Positions 1 to 12,187 of a stretch of DNA of 64,000 nucleotides are shown piece by piece. The stretch is from Haliotis rubra (lineage: Eukaryota). The stretch spans positions 744,001-808,000 of the forward strand of contig NW_025766970.1 of the NCBI RefSeq assembly GCF_003918875.1, written 5' to 3'. The notes under the pieces are model-generated. The model ran no database searches. It saw only the letters and a list, made by a program, of their open reading frames with translations, and was not told the origin of the DNA. How positions within the stretch are numbered: the first letter of the stretch is position 1; every line of letters starts with the position of its first letter. The position numbers were made by a program, and so were the translations under genes.

Positions 1-567
1 ACTCGGATGGAGAGTCCCAACTCACAACTCGAGTTGTGAGCCGGAAACACAACAGTTCTACCATTAAATAAATTTTATATCAATACACGTAAGCACCCAA
101 GTCATTTGAAAATAGCGGGCATAGTGAGTGTTAACATACTCTTTTAAGAACATAAACTACGAAACATTAATGTGAATGATATATCAGAGTTCTGAATGTT
201 ACAGTTAAGTTAGCTGTTGGTTTTAAAGATGATGCAATGAAGTTTTCGTCACTGTAGGACTGGATAACTTGAGGGAGGAACACCGGAAGCGATACTATGA
301 AGTAACAAAGGCTTACCACTTTGTAGAATCACGAACTTGGTTTTGTGCACACACACCTAGAGACATGTTGATAATGGCGAGAATTGAAACCTGGCAGGTC
401 TTAGAGACACACATATGTTCAGTATCGCATTTCTTTCAAACACATATAATCTGTACATTGTCCTTGCAGAATATTGATCTCTCATCTATATTTTTGAGAC
501 ATACCTATTTTTTTTAAATTTCGAAATGCTGCATCCAAATGTTATTGCAAACAAAGTGTATATTAAC

Positions 568-3500
568 CCTGTATACGGAGACGAGAAATCCGGCAGGTCC
601 ATGGCCACCGCCATGAAAGTGTTCTTCATCCTGTCGTTAGGGACGAAGCCGTAGTCAGCTGTCTGGTGCCACCGAATGTCTGTGAAGCCTGTAGTAATGG
701 TGTCATTGTTTTCCCATGGAGCAAGCTGGATGTTTAAAGTAAAAGAGACAACTAACGTCATATTGCTAGACTTGTAACTTCCGGTAACCCCGTTTCGTTC
801 TCAGACAGCGGACCATTTACAGACAGATAAACCTATATCCTTTTGAAATGTGGTGCAGCTAAATCTACAGTTGGGTCACATAAACCAACATCACGTTTAT
901 CCCGTCATTACGGTATGTATGCTATCAAAGATTACCTGGACAAAGCCAAATGGAAACATATCTGATGTCTGAGATTCCGATCCTAGAGAGAACTTCAGTC
1001 TCCAATCGTCGATCATGGCGGGGAAAGTACAGTCATAGATAGCCACACCGGTGTTGTCATGGCGATTTGATTCTCCTGAAATATTGGCTTTTTGAGTCTG
1101 CTGAAGACAAATACTGACAAGTACAGTAGGTTAGTAATCATTTATATGACTTCAACCTAAAGATTCAGGACACCCGTCTGTTTCAGACTGAAAGAGACAG
1201 TATGTGTCGAATGTATTTTCATTTTACTGAACCCACGTGTGCCTGCACATCCGGTTCTATAACGTTTAAAAAGACTAACATTCACATTTTATCAAAACAA
1301 ACAAACAAACAAACAAATTAATAAATAAATAAATAAATAAATGGTCACAATATAATAGAACCTTGTGCTGAAACAGTTCTGAGCTGCTGTTAACTCACCT
1401 TGATACCAAATGGTACCGTATATTGTCATGTTGACCAGCGGTCGGACCATTGCGTTCCAAAGTGAAGAGAAACCCATGGCATCAATGTCTTTCCTTGCAT
1501 TTGTACCGACCCTGCTATCACAAACTTATATTGTGTATGTTTCAACGTAACCATTTATGTCTAGGGATATGGTGATGAAATTGAATTCTTTAATGATATG
1601 TTGAATGAGATCTGTGCATCTACCATGACCCGTCTAACATGAGTGACATCGAATTTTCAAGTTTACTATCCAGTTTACACTATCCAGCAGTAACTGTTCC
1701 ACTAACATGAGACTGGTAGTATCTGTTATCGGTATATCGTTGCTATCTCCATGAGCCGCACAGAATGTATAGTACAAACTGTACGGCAATGTGATGTCTG
1801 ATGACACTTCCATGTCATGACCAACCTGACACGTGAAGAACTGGTCTTCAGCAACCCATGCTTGTCGTAAGAAGCGGTGGGTGGTCAGGCTTGCTGACCT
1901 GGTTGACACATGTAATCGGATCCCATTTGCGCAGATCGATGCTCATGTTGTAGATCACTGGATTATCTGGTCCAGTCTGAATTATTAACAGACCGCCGCC
2001 ATACAGCTCGAATATTGCTGAGAGTGGCGTAAAACTAAACTCACTCACTCATGACCAACCTGAGCGGGTCGCCGTCCATGTTACACTGTTTAAGAGCATC
2101 CGGAGACGACCACAGCTCTACACGTGTCCCACCATAAGACGTTGCTAGGAGACCAACGGGATAGTTCAGAGTGGAGGAAAGGTATTTTCCATACAACCAG
2201 CACACAGCAGAGAAGTACGACCAAGGGGAATGGCCAAGGCTGTCTGCAAACATACAACATAATCCTAGCAATGTGAAGTAATTCAACGGCCATTGTGAGA
2301 TGAAGAATATACATGAAACGCACTGTGGTGATAAAAACACAATTAACAGTTATATAAGCGTTCTAATTTATCCAGATTCATAATAACCGTATGTTGTTAA
2401 GAGGTTACAGCATTACTTGCCATTAGATGGTAAGGTCCACGCCTCCTCCACAGACAGCAAGTCGTACTGAGGAGTACTCGAGCCACCAAGCGTTACAGTG
2501 AACACTCGGATATTGGGATAGTTCACGGCGTCAGCCATCTCTTCAGAAGCATTGAAAGCCTGTCAAGTAGCACGTGAAGTGTGTCGGGTTCACAATGGAA
2601 ATGTATATGCATATGATTGAGCTGCTTCAAATATACCAGCGAGTGGAACTAGTGTTTTCCCGTAAGGGCCATCGGGCGATTATAGAATGACAATGTCATC
2701 AAACAATACGCCGTACAATCACATAAGTTTTAAATACTGACTCAAATGTTTTATTATATGTTTTACTATACAGTTAACGCATATGCTTAAAAAATGAAGA
2801 CATACACACTCGAATGTAGGAAGTTTTACTGTAGGTATTTAAGAATATTTTTTTCAAAAAAGAACTAGCCTGTCGCCATTATGGCGGACCTAAATCAATT
2901 TGCTCTTAAGTGATCGTCTTTTTCCTGTGTTTGGCTGACAATTTTCCGGACATGGCATTCTCTTGCTTGGCTAATCCATCTTACCATATTCAACGTAAAC
3001 TGCATGTTGCTCTGCCCTGAACAGATCCACACATCGCCGAACATTACATCAGACAGGGTTATCTTTTCTTGACTGGTTTCTGCAGTTAGTGTATGGGGTC
3101 CACCGGCCGCCGTTTCCGGAAGTTGGAATGACCAAACACTGGTCCCAGGCGAAGGGCCTATCCTACTACTTGTCGTTCCGAGTGGTGTTCCATCAAGAGA
3201 GATGCGCACAGTATCCGAGTACGTGGATGCATAACCCCAGATATTGGCTCTCTTGGGGGCCTTTTGCAAAACCATGTGGTCGCCATAGTAACTGGCGAAA
3301 CTCAAGTTTCGGTGAGGATACCGTTCCGATACTACCTCAGAAAAAATGACTTCATTTTATGACGATTGTTTAAAATATGCAACATATCTGACATATTAAA
3401 AAAATCAATGGAAGATAAATCTTTAGATTCCACATTGCATAAAATAGGTGTGAAAATCTGAGGGTTGGAATTGTTAAAATCAGTGATGATATCAGATGAT

Positions 3501-5678
3501 CACGAAAAGGTTTAGCCCTATCGGTAACACCCTCCATTTACACAGTTAGTAAGATAGCACGGTTTTCTTGACGCACCAGTACTTCTCTCACAAGACGGCA
3601 ACATGAAAGCAAACAAGACAAACAAGAGAATCAAGGGAATGAATCATGCCTGTTCACAATGCAACATGTTGCAAGACAATCAAGTGAATGCAAGTTTACA
3701 ATGCAACATGAATGCACAATGCCTGTTCACAATGCAACATGATGCAAGACAATCAAGTGAATGCACAATGCCTGTTCACAATGCAACATGTTGCAAGACA
3801 ATCAAGTGAATGCACAATGCCTGTTTACAATGCAACATGTTTTGCAAGACAATCAAGGGACTGCATAATGCCTGTTCACAATGCAACATGTTGCAAGACA
3901 ATCAAGTGAATGCATAATGCCTGTTCACAATGCAACATGTTGCAAGACAATCAAGTGAATGCATAATGCCTGTTCACAATGCAACATGTTGCGAGACAAT
4001 CAAGTGAGGGCATAATGCCTGTTCACAATGTAACATGCTGCAAGACAATCAAGTGAGGGCATAATGCCTGTTCACAATGCAACATGTTGCAAGACAATCA
4101 AGTGAATGCATAATGCCTGTGCACAATGCAACATGTTGCGAGACAATCAAGTGAGGGCATAATGCCTGTTCACAATGTAACATGTTGCAAGACAATCAAG
4201 TGAGGGCATATGCCTGTTCACAATGTAACATGTTGCAAGACAATCAAGGGATCAATGGAAGAGGAAACTACAGTGAAGGGGTAGCGCAAATTAGCGCAAA
4301 GATTCTGATGCATGTAAGTAAAGAAATACGTATATGAAATATATTTGTTTTGCAACACCGTAAATTTCATAATGTCATGATTCAAATTAGTTTTGGACTT
4401 GTCTACATCACCTTGCTTTAATGTTGATTGCAGATGATTACAGGACACGGTTTGAGTTGACTTCCCAAGGCTTATTTGAAACCAATACTGGCATGTTCGA
4501 ATCATTGTTCCTGATAATTATACGTATAGGTTTGTCAACATTATACGATGCTCGTGGGTTTGAACAACGCGCAGTGAGATTGATAACTATTGCATAATCC
4601 TTTATGCAAAGGATCGATTTATGGTCATCGGTGAGTAAGTGAGCAATGGTTAAGGTAGTCTGTCTCACAGTCCATGAACCACATTATTTTCCCTACAGCC
4701 AAGCAATCCCGGCAGTGCTAAAGCCCTATATGAAGCAAGTCTAGATTACCCCAGGTTCTGAGTCTCTGGTCTCCCTGGGCTCGTTTTCAATCTAAATGGG
4801 TTTATGTGTTATAACAAAATTATATATATTCAGAGACTAAGCGTAAGTCTATGGTTAAGGTTATGTGGTTAATATTTGCTTTATGAAACACTGTGCGCAA
4901 AATCGGCAGGTAGTGGAAGTGGTTGATGGGTTGAAGCCACAAGGCATCTGGCCAAACCCTCGCTATCTCTATGCTAATACTGTCCTTGTGTTTGTCTTTG
5001 GAGCAGGGACTACATACCCAAGGTTGTCTCAAATGGATTAACAACAGTAATTAATGGGTGTCATTTGTCATTCGGTATTGCTGACAGTCAATGTTTAATA
5101 CAGTGGGGATAAACTACGGGATTAGCGTCCTTTAAACAATGGCAGTTAAGTGATTGAGACATATACATGTCATGGTTACTTGGAAATTACTCATGATATT
5201 AAATGTTCATTTGGACAATGGTTGTCCTAAATTGGCCCCTGTGAAAATAGATTACTAAATACCAACTCTAACTACGACTGCAATTCTCCAAACATTCCTG
5301 GTGTCCTGATTCGGTGACTCTTTGCCAATGATATCAACAATGACTGATTGTTTCAAATGTCATGGAATCGTCTCGGTTAATGACATCAGTCCGTATGTGA
5401 CCTCGGAGTGAGGTTGTCTTAGATCAGTCGCTCTGACAGTTCCACCGAAATGGTAAACCGTCAGCAGCTCACCAGGCTTTACTCACAAGTTTCGCACTGC
5501 GATAATAATGTCCAAAATACTTTTCCAAGCGGCGCTCGGCACAATATTCTTTGACTAACTAAAATAAACATAAGCCATAATATCTCTCCATTGTATCATA
5601 ACATAAATACTTACAAGCACCAGTACGTCCAATGCATGCTGGAAAAGCCAACAAAAAGAATAACACGTATTTTTTCAT
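568..5678 (-). CDS. SIAE: SIAE-like sialate O-acetylesterase, copy 1 (divergent; 3' end lies beyond window start)
   Basis: Exons 5678-5615 (signal peptide MKKYVLFFLLAFPACIGRTGA), 3331-2985 (FASYYGDHMVLQ...GDVWICSGQSNMQ), 2559-2421 (GC donor), 2243-2060 (FSAVCW...YGGTRVE), 1511-1399 (LWNAM...WYQG), 1075-936 (ESN...FPAMIDDWR...PFGFVQ), 725-568 (LAPW...IRWHQTAD...MAVAMDL). Phases are compatible; last two exons not in window. Confidence 0.9.
1294..1341. repeat. Compound (CAAA)n(TAAA)n microsatellite
   Basis: Directly visible. Confidence 0.85.
1830..2050 (+). mobile_element. SINE-like retroposon family A, (ACTC)n tail, 15-bp TSD
   Basis: Matches copies at 10792, 14316, 16655, 32885, 33724; ends gcgtaaaactaaactcactcactc; TSD tcatgaccaacctga at 1815-1829 and 2049-2063. 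Confidence 0.85.
3647..4250. repeat. Minisatellite, ~49-bp unit, ~12 copies, in intron 1 of copy 1
   Basis: Unit atgcctgttcacaatgcaacatgttgcaagacaatcaagtgaatgcata repeated head to tail. Confidence 0.95.
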
Positions 5679-6600
5679 GTCTACAACGAAGTCAACTGAC
5701 GCCAGATGGCGACCAAGAGATAACGACCGTTCTCATACCGTAATGGTTGTTCAAAATACTGAAATATCAGATTGACTGCCTATAACAAGATATAACATTT
5801 TCCGATAATATGATTAAATCTTGTACATGTACATTTCTCTAACAGACAGTTTATATGAACATGATTTAAGTATAGTGAACACAATTCCAGCAAGCATGTT
5901 CCAGGAGAAATGAAGGTGAAATCGAATGTATTGTAATGTATGTCAACATGTAGAAACAAATTATGCTTATAACTATGATGGTGGTCATTTCCTGGATGGT
6001 TTCGATGGCGAATTGACTCATCCCTTGTTGGCTTAAGTATAACCTGTAACGAACTCTGTTGTGACGTGAGAAGAGATCCACACAGGGTCAATGAATAATC
6101 AACAAATTGTTCTGGAACACATAGGGTTTAGGTCAACTCTCAGGAAGGCAATACAGTGAGTCAGTATAGATACACTGATCTAAGTACTTACAGCAGGGAG
6201 TTATGCAATATGTAGCGTACATATAAAGTTTTGGGTGCAGGTTATCTGTGCCAAATATCCAGGAGATGATACAGCAGTTTTACAGTCTGTGGAATGTTTT
6301 TCCTCTGCTCAAAACAAACTTCACATAGATATCTACGCTGGTGTTTCGTGGAGGGGAATGCCCACTGCAGGTTTATATGGTTCTATTTGGCTGCTACTGC
6401 ACCATTATTGAACAAGTAAGTGAAACCATGTGTTTTGTTGCCTATATACACGGAAACACGTGTCAGAGAATGAACAGGTTTATTGAAGCTTTGAAGGATA
6501 ATCCAGTCAATAGTATGGTGTCAGAGTGAATCTTTAGTACCAAAAATATAGTTTCAAGATAATCTTGGTAGGAGTGTCTATGTCTATGAACGCTGAAGTT

Positions 6601-7220
6601 TGGGGATATGCTGCAAAACAAGGGGAGGCAATCACAGTGAGCATGAGTGGTAAGGGACAGGTGACTATAACGTCCTTTATTGGACCTCTCCCATCAACCC
6701 CTGTGTGGTCCGTTCAACAGCAAAATGCACGTTTCCAACTTGACCCTCGAGAGCTTCCGTCCACCTTGTGCACTACCATCTAATCTCATCAACCATTTGA
6801 ACCCACTAGGTCTGCCCCAAGCAGATATGATCAGATCATTTCTATTTGCTGGTGTCACATTGATCAGATGGTCTTGATGATTCCCAACATTGCCTACTTT
6901 CTTGGCATGGTATGCATTCTTGGGCTTGAAACTAATTTGCAATATGCGATCCATGGCAGCCATATATTGTCAAAACAAATTATTTTTGCAGACTTTTTAA
7001 TTTCAAAAGCTATATTTTCTAAATATCTTTTCCAGACTGCGTGCAAACATATATCCGTACGTACACCTACAGTCTCTGAAGATATCAGCTGGTTCCCGCT
7101 TCCGATCGCATAAAGAGACCGTCAACTACAGCCATGTATGTCCGTGGTCTAATATGCTAACGATGCACGATCTACAACAAAGAAAGTAGATACCCAGCAT
7201 CACCATCTATCAAAGATACA
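6601..7220 (+). pseudogene. Collapsed SIAE-like relic (exon-2 fragment plus decayed last exon)
   Basis: 6601-6718 encodes WGYAAKQGEAITVSMSGKGQVT...PVWSVQ; 7036-7220 resembles terminal exon (SEDISWFPLPIA*...NYS...YNKES) with stops/indels; intervening exons absent. Confidence 0.75.
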
Positions 7221-7531
7221 TATAACCATATTGTGTAAAATGTCATATATGTTAAATGAATGTGGCACCTGTGATGACAGTTTTATGACATTAGACACAA
7301 CATCGCAAATGAACACTGGAAGATCTTTCATGCATAGAATTACCAGTTGCTGACACGATCAATATACATTTGTGTGGGGTGGGATGTACTGTAACGGTAG
7401 TTATATTTATCCACTTCTTAGACAGTCGTATATTTGAAAAAACGTACAAAAACGAAATCCATCTTTAATGACGTTTATTGCTCACAGCTTCCTTTTCTCT
7501 ACTTATACATCTGTGTAACTACTTTAGACAT

Positions 7532-7643
7532 GACAGACAACATTACAGAGATGGATGACCCGGACGTTGCCGATGACTTTGCCTTACTCGCCCGCAGTCG
7601 ACACCAAATGCAAGACAAGACGAGGAGTGCCAGGCCTAAGTAA
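7532..7643 (+). mobile_element. Short RTE-clade LINE fragment with 17-bp TSD
   Basis: Encodes DDPDVADDFALLARSRHQMQDKT (RTE RT LDFADDLALL-like region), ends in (TAAG)n; TSD gtaactactttagacat at 7515-7531 and 7644-7660. Confidence 0.75.
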
Positions 7644-9038
7644 GTAACTACTTTAGACATACGTCTGTGAGAGTTGCATCTGAATTGTGTTGAGGCTATT
7701 TTAATCTGACCGTTGTGTCGAATTTGAATGTGTCGAACCTAATGATCTCTCAAGTTTGGTCCCTATGTGTTCCGTATTTTTGCATCATTTTCGGTTGTGT
7801 CGAGCCTCTGACACCTGAAGTATTGACTTCAACTTCGACACAGTGTTTGACTGTAGGATTCCGTTGAAATATGTCTCCAGAAGCTTAAAATACGTCCATG
7901 TTTCTGAAATGAAAAACTGCGGATGTAAACCATATGCCCAGACATGAAATCTATGTTTTCGCACAATCAAAGTTTAATCGATTTGCTTAGTAATCTCTCA
8001 AGACGTTCTTTTTTAAACAAAGCTGGATAACTGACTGATTGAAATATAGTCATCCTACAGTCTATGCAAAAATACGCCAACATACCCCAGCTACATTTTG
8101 ATCACGATCTTGGGAAACAGACAATGTTTTACAGTGTACAGTGTAATAATTCTGAATTCAGATGTGGTCATATGAATGAAATCTGTACCAGAACGTCTCA
8201 CGGAATGAAATCTGTACCAGAACGTCTCACGCAATAAAAACAAAGTTGTAAATCACGATTCCGGCCTGTATACATTCCTTTTACCGGGTCCGTAAATACC
8301 ATTTGGAAATGTTATGTGCCACGACACTGCAATTGCTGTGCAAAATTCACGAATTCCTGGGTGCCGTTCCACTAACCGATCTTAGCCCTATGCCAATCGT
8401 AAACCCCTAAAATCCCAATCTTAGCGTGACGTTACGATCGGCGTACCGTTCCACTAACCAATCTTACCTAAGTCAATCGTCAAGTTAAGATTCAAAGTCT
8501 AAGTTGCTCATGACCAACTTAGGATAGCTAAAATCAATCGTAGAGAAACCAAAATGGTGGCTTTCCTATTCTATATGAAATATAAGAGCGAGCATTTCAC
8601 CGTGAGCGTCCCCTAAAATCCCCCATGAAATGAATTTGTATATTTCTGTGATATAAACAAACACTGCACTGAAGCCTTACAAATGTCAGGCCAGTCTGAC
8701 CACTGTCGTCATGGGAACACAACCGAGCGAGTCGGTGTAACACATTTGTACAACAATATTGCAACGTCATGGTTAAGAATAACGACAGCCGTGAAGTGAA
8801 CAATGTTCTGAAACAAAAAGATACAAATATGTTTGATTTCATGTGCGCTTATTTGGTGGGGAATATTCTAAAGGGCGGCCGCGTGTTATTCAAGACCACT
8901 GACAGATTCTACATACGTTATAGAGGATGCCTCGTCACGCCTTGTTTATTCTGATTGACAAGGTTCAGGCACATATTAAAAGCTCTGACACAATTGACAT
9001 TTTTAAGTCCAGACTTAAAACCTGTTCTCAGTATAGTA

Positions 9039-10565
9039 AACTCTGTCAAAAAAGAAACGCAACCCCTGTATTTTAGAGATTTTGATCTGAAGTTTTAAGA
9101 CGACACAGCATTTTTATTATTTAAGACAGAAGTCTGAAATTTGGCAGAATAATAACCAAGATGGGCATGTTTAAAATTGTCATTTCAAAAGTCATCTCAC
9201 AGACACCAGTTTGTCACCAGGGGGGCGTCTTTCTCAGTATCTCGTATGAGCACCACGAGCTGCAATCACTGCACGGCATCTCCTTGGACAAGAACGGATA
9301 AGACGCCGGATTCTTTCCTGGGAATGGCTTCCACTCCTCCTGCAGTGCAACGCCGAGTTGTTGCAGCGTCTGTGGCGGCGGCTGACGTTGACGTACGCGT
9401 CGACCCAGAGTATCCCACAGGTGTTCAATAGGTTGAGGTCTGGTGATTTAGAGGGCTATGGCAAGACATTGACGTTGGAATTCTGCAGAAAGTTCATTGT
9501 TGCACGTGCAGTATGAGGCCGGGCGTTGTCTGGTTGAAAAATCTGTGTCTGTTGGTCAATAATCGGGAGAAGGTGAGGCTGTAATACGTGGTTGATGTAA
9601 CGTTGGGCTGTCAGGTTCCTTCAACGATCACCAAGTCTGATTTCTGGTTGTATGAGATGGATCCCCAAACCATAACGCTTTCTCCGCCAAATCTGTCCCC
9701 TGTCGGACGCAGATGGGCGCAAAACGTTCATGACGTCTCCTATACACACGTTTTCTTCCGTCGTGATGTTGCAAAGAAAACGGGATTCATCAGAAAACCA
9801 GATGCGCCTCCAGTTTTGTAAAGTCCATATCCTTACGTTGTTGCACCACCTGAGTCGTCGGCGGAGATGTAGGGGCGTAGTACAGGTCCAACAACTGGTC
9901 TACAGGCACGTAAACCCGCTTCTTTCAGACGGTTCCTAATCGTTTGAGCTGACACTCTCCTCAAACCTGGTATTTGTGTGGCAGTCACGGTTGGTAGGGC
10001 ATGCCGATTACGCAGGTGATGGACCCGGATGTACCGATCTTGAAGGGGGGTCGTGATTCTTGGCCTTCCACTTCTCGGGCGATCGTTGGTCAAATTGAAG
10101 TTGTTGTAGCGGCTCCAAAGTCGGGATATCGTTGTTTTGTGAACATTTAGGTGCCGTGCAACAGTTCCAAAACTTTCTCCGGCTTGAACACGACCAATGG
10201 CGATATTTCGGTCGGCAGCACTCAATCGTGGCATTTTTCACACAGCTTTTTCATGCGACAAATGAATGAATATAATACGAAAGCACATGGGCTTTTTATA
10301 CACCCCTACATTAACTGCCATTTTCATGATTTGCATGTGGTTTTTTTTGTGCGAAGTCACCATGAGGGTCATTTCATGCGTTGTGACGGAATAAGCAATA
10401 AAATACACTTATGCGTACAAATGCAGTTGTTTGGATGGTAATCTTCATTAATTACGTGTATCATTTCAATACATTCGAATAACATTTAGTTTGGAAGCAG
10501 TAACTTCATTCAAACGAATTTTTCATATCTGAGGACAGGGGTTGCGTTTCTTTTTTGACAGAGTT
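9039..10565 (-). mobile_element. Full-length Tc1/mariner element
   Basis: TIR aactctgtcaaaaaagaaacgcaacccctgt, TA TSD at 9037-9038 and 10566-10567, internal transposase. Confidence 0.92.
9234..10234 (-). pseudogene. Tc1-family DDE transposase, frameshifted
   Basis: Paired-like HTH (MPRLS...VARHLNVHKTTISRLW...RSGRPRITT), WFSDESRF, DNARPH, PSKSPDLN motifs spread over different frames with stops. Confidence 0.9.
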
Positions 10566-10791
10566 TACTTATAATCTCGGCTGTAAATACTCTCGTGTAA
10601 ATTATCTGTACATAGCGCTTTGAGCATGCCCCAGGATGTGGAATAGGCGGATTATAAATATGCATTTATTATTATTATATTATGCCTGATACCCAGCGTT
10701 CACAAGCACTTGCACCTGAAACCAAGGTGCTCACTACCCTAATATTTTGCTCTAGGGTTTTTTGTCCACGTTTACACTTGGTTGGAAAAAT

Positions 10792-11041
10792 ACCCATGAA
10801 GGCCCGGGTTAGAATATTGAACTTCAATAACCCATGCTTGTCTTAAGAGGCCACTAACGGGATCGGGTGGTCAGGCTCGCTGACTTGGTTGACACATGTC
10901 ATCGGTTCCCATTTGCGCAGATCGATGCTCAGGCTGTTGATCACTGGATTGTCTGGTCCAGACTCGATTATTTACAGACCGCCGCCATATAGCTGGACTA
11001 TTGCTGAGTGCGGCGTAAATCTAAACTCACTCACTCACTCA
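10792..11041 (+). mobile_element. SINE family A, near full length
   Basis: Same sequence and (ACTC)n tail as other copies. Confidence 0.85.
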
Positions 11042-12101
11042 GTTGGTTCGTAAACTACTTCCATCATTTGCTAGACTATGCAAAGGGAGATAACTCGTGC
11101 CTCGCATTCCTCTATCTCTCGCACGAAAGAGTCTCGATCTAAGCTTGGATCGGATCGTAAGATCGGTACCGGCTACGATCGGCCTAAAATCGGGTAGTGG
11201 AACGGGTGTAACTTTTAGCTAAGACGATTGTAAAATTGGCGTAACTTGCTAAGATTGATCTTAGGTAAGATCGGTTAGTGGAACGGCACCCTGGACTTTG
11301 TTTTTATAACTGGGTGAGGGTTGTGTTATCGGATCAACTTTCACTTGAGGCTGATGCTGGCAGTTGGCAAGGACATGGTCAGATGGATAATCACTAGGTT
11401 GTAAGTTAGCAGTGACAAGCTGTAGAATTTAGCTAGTATTGTCGCCGTGACCAGCCCAATTATTTCTCATTTACCACAAAGCCACACTTATTCTGTTTCC
11501 AACGACTGCAATGTTTTAAATGTCAGCAGAATAACCACCAGCTCTGCTGTTATCCGATGTGCGTGGTCCCGATACACAGTCCGTTTGGACAGGGGGCGAG
11601 GTACGACATTCTTGATGCAATTGCTGTATGGAAAGGATCTCTCACTTGCAATTGTCGTATGAGACGAGTTTCTCACCTATCAAATCACCTGAACAAATCA
11701 GCCCCTGCTTTGATACCTATATCACCCACAGGCGTCCTATCCCCACCGAACATATTTCCACCAGACTGGAACTCAGAGAGCCCGGGACCACTGTCCTCGT
11801 GTCTGTCATTGCAAGCATTTGTGTTAACCTGTTCTTTTGCTTATTTATACGTTATAGAAAATCGAGTTTTCGCTGCCCCAAAATAAATGCTATTGATTTC
11901 ACGCGTTGTCTTGGATCTGAACGTCAACGACTGTATATTTCAAACAACGTCGTTACTGAAATACCGATCATTTACATTTCTCCACATTAATTTGTAATTT
12001 TGGGGATTTTTGTCATATCTAACATAACAGGCAAAAGAAGAACTTTAGCTCATTCTCTTAACTATCTTTAACTTTCTGAAAGAAATTGTCACCCTACAAC
12101 T

Positions 12102-12146
12102 CTTATCTGAGATCAAAAGGACAAAGTTCAAGCTGGAGGAGATAAG
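12102..12146 (+). promoter_or_regulatory. Putative GATA / nuclear-receptor DR1 (HNF4-like) / GATA module upstream of copy 2
   Basis: ttatct, aggacaaagttca (12118-12130), agataag; conserved upstream of copy 3 (20571-20583), DR1 mutated upstream of pseudogene copy 4. Confidence 0.45.
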
Positions 12147-12187
12147 GCAGCAATCGATAACACCGTGTACCTCGTGTTGTCTTGTAG

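Larger units (their letters stand above)
8970..10683 (+). mobile_element. L2/CR1-type LINE 3' end, interrupted by Tc1
   Basis: FKSRLKT-like terminal codons before 9037; agcgctttgag...ataaat...(TAT)n tail after 10567. Confidence 0.55.
8360..11290. mobile_element. Non-autonomous PIF/Harbinger-like DNA transposon hosting nested insertions
   Basis: TIR ggtgccgttccactaaccgatctta at both ends, subterminal repeats, 3-bp TSD CTG; empty site gaattcctggact in paralogous spacer at ~19055. Confidence 0.8.

Noticed and set aside
3603-3909. Cys/Gln-rich repetitive ORFs
   Set aside because: Translations of the 49-bp minisatellite; unit length is not a multiple of 3.
3647-4250. Possible CRISPR-like array (also 19152-19353)
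   Set aside because: Head-to-tail repeats with no unique spacers, in eukaryotic context.
5698-5714. CTCF-like motif (cgccagatggcgac) near copy 1 start
   Set aside because: Single short motif; could be chance.
6720-6963. Possible LINE RT fragment on minus strand
   Set aside because: Resemblance too weak to call without a search.
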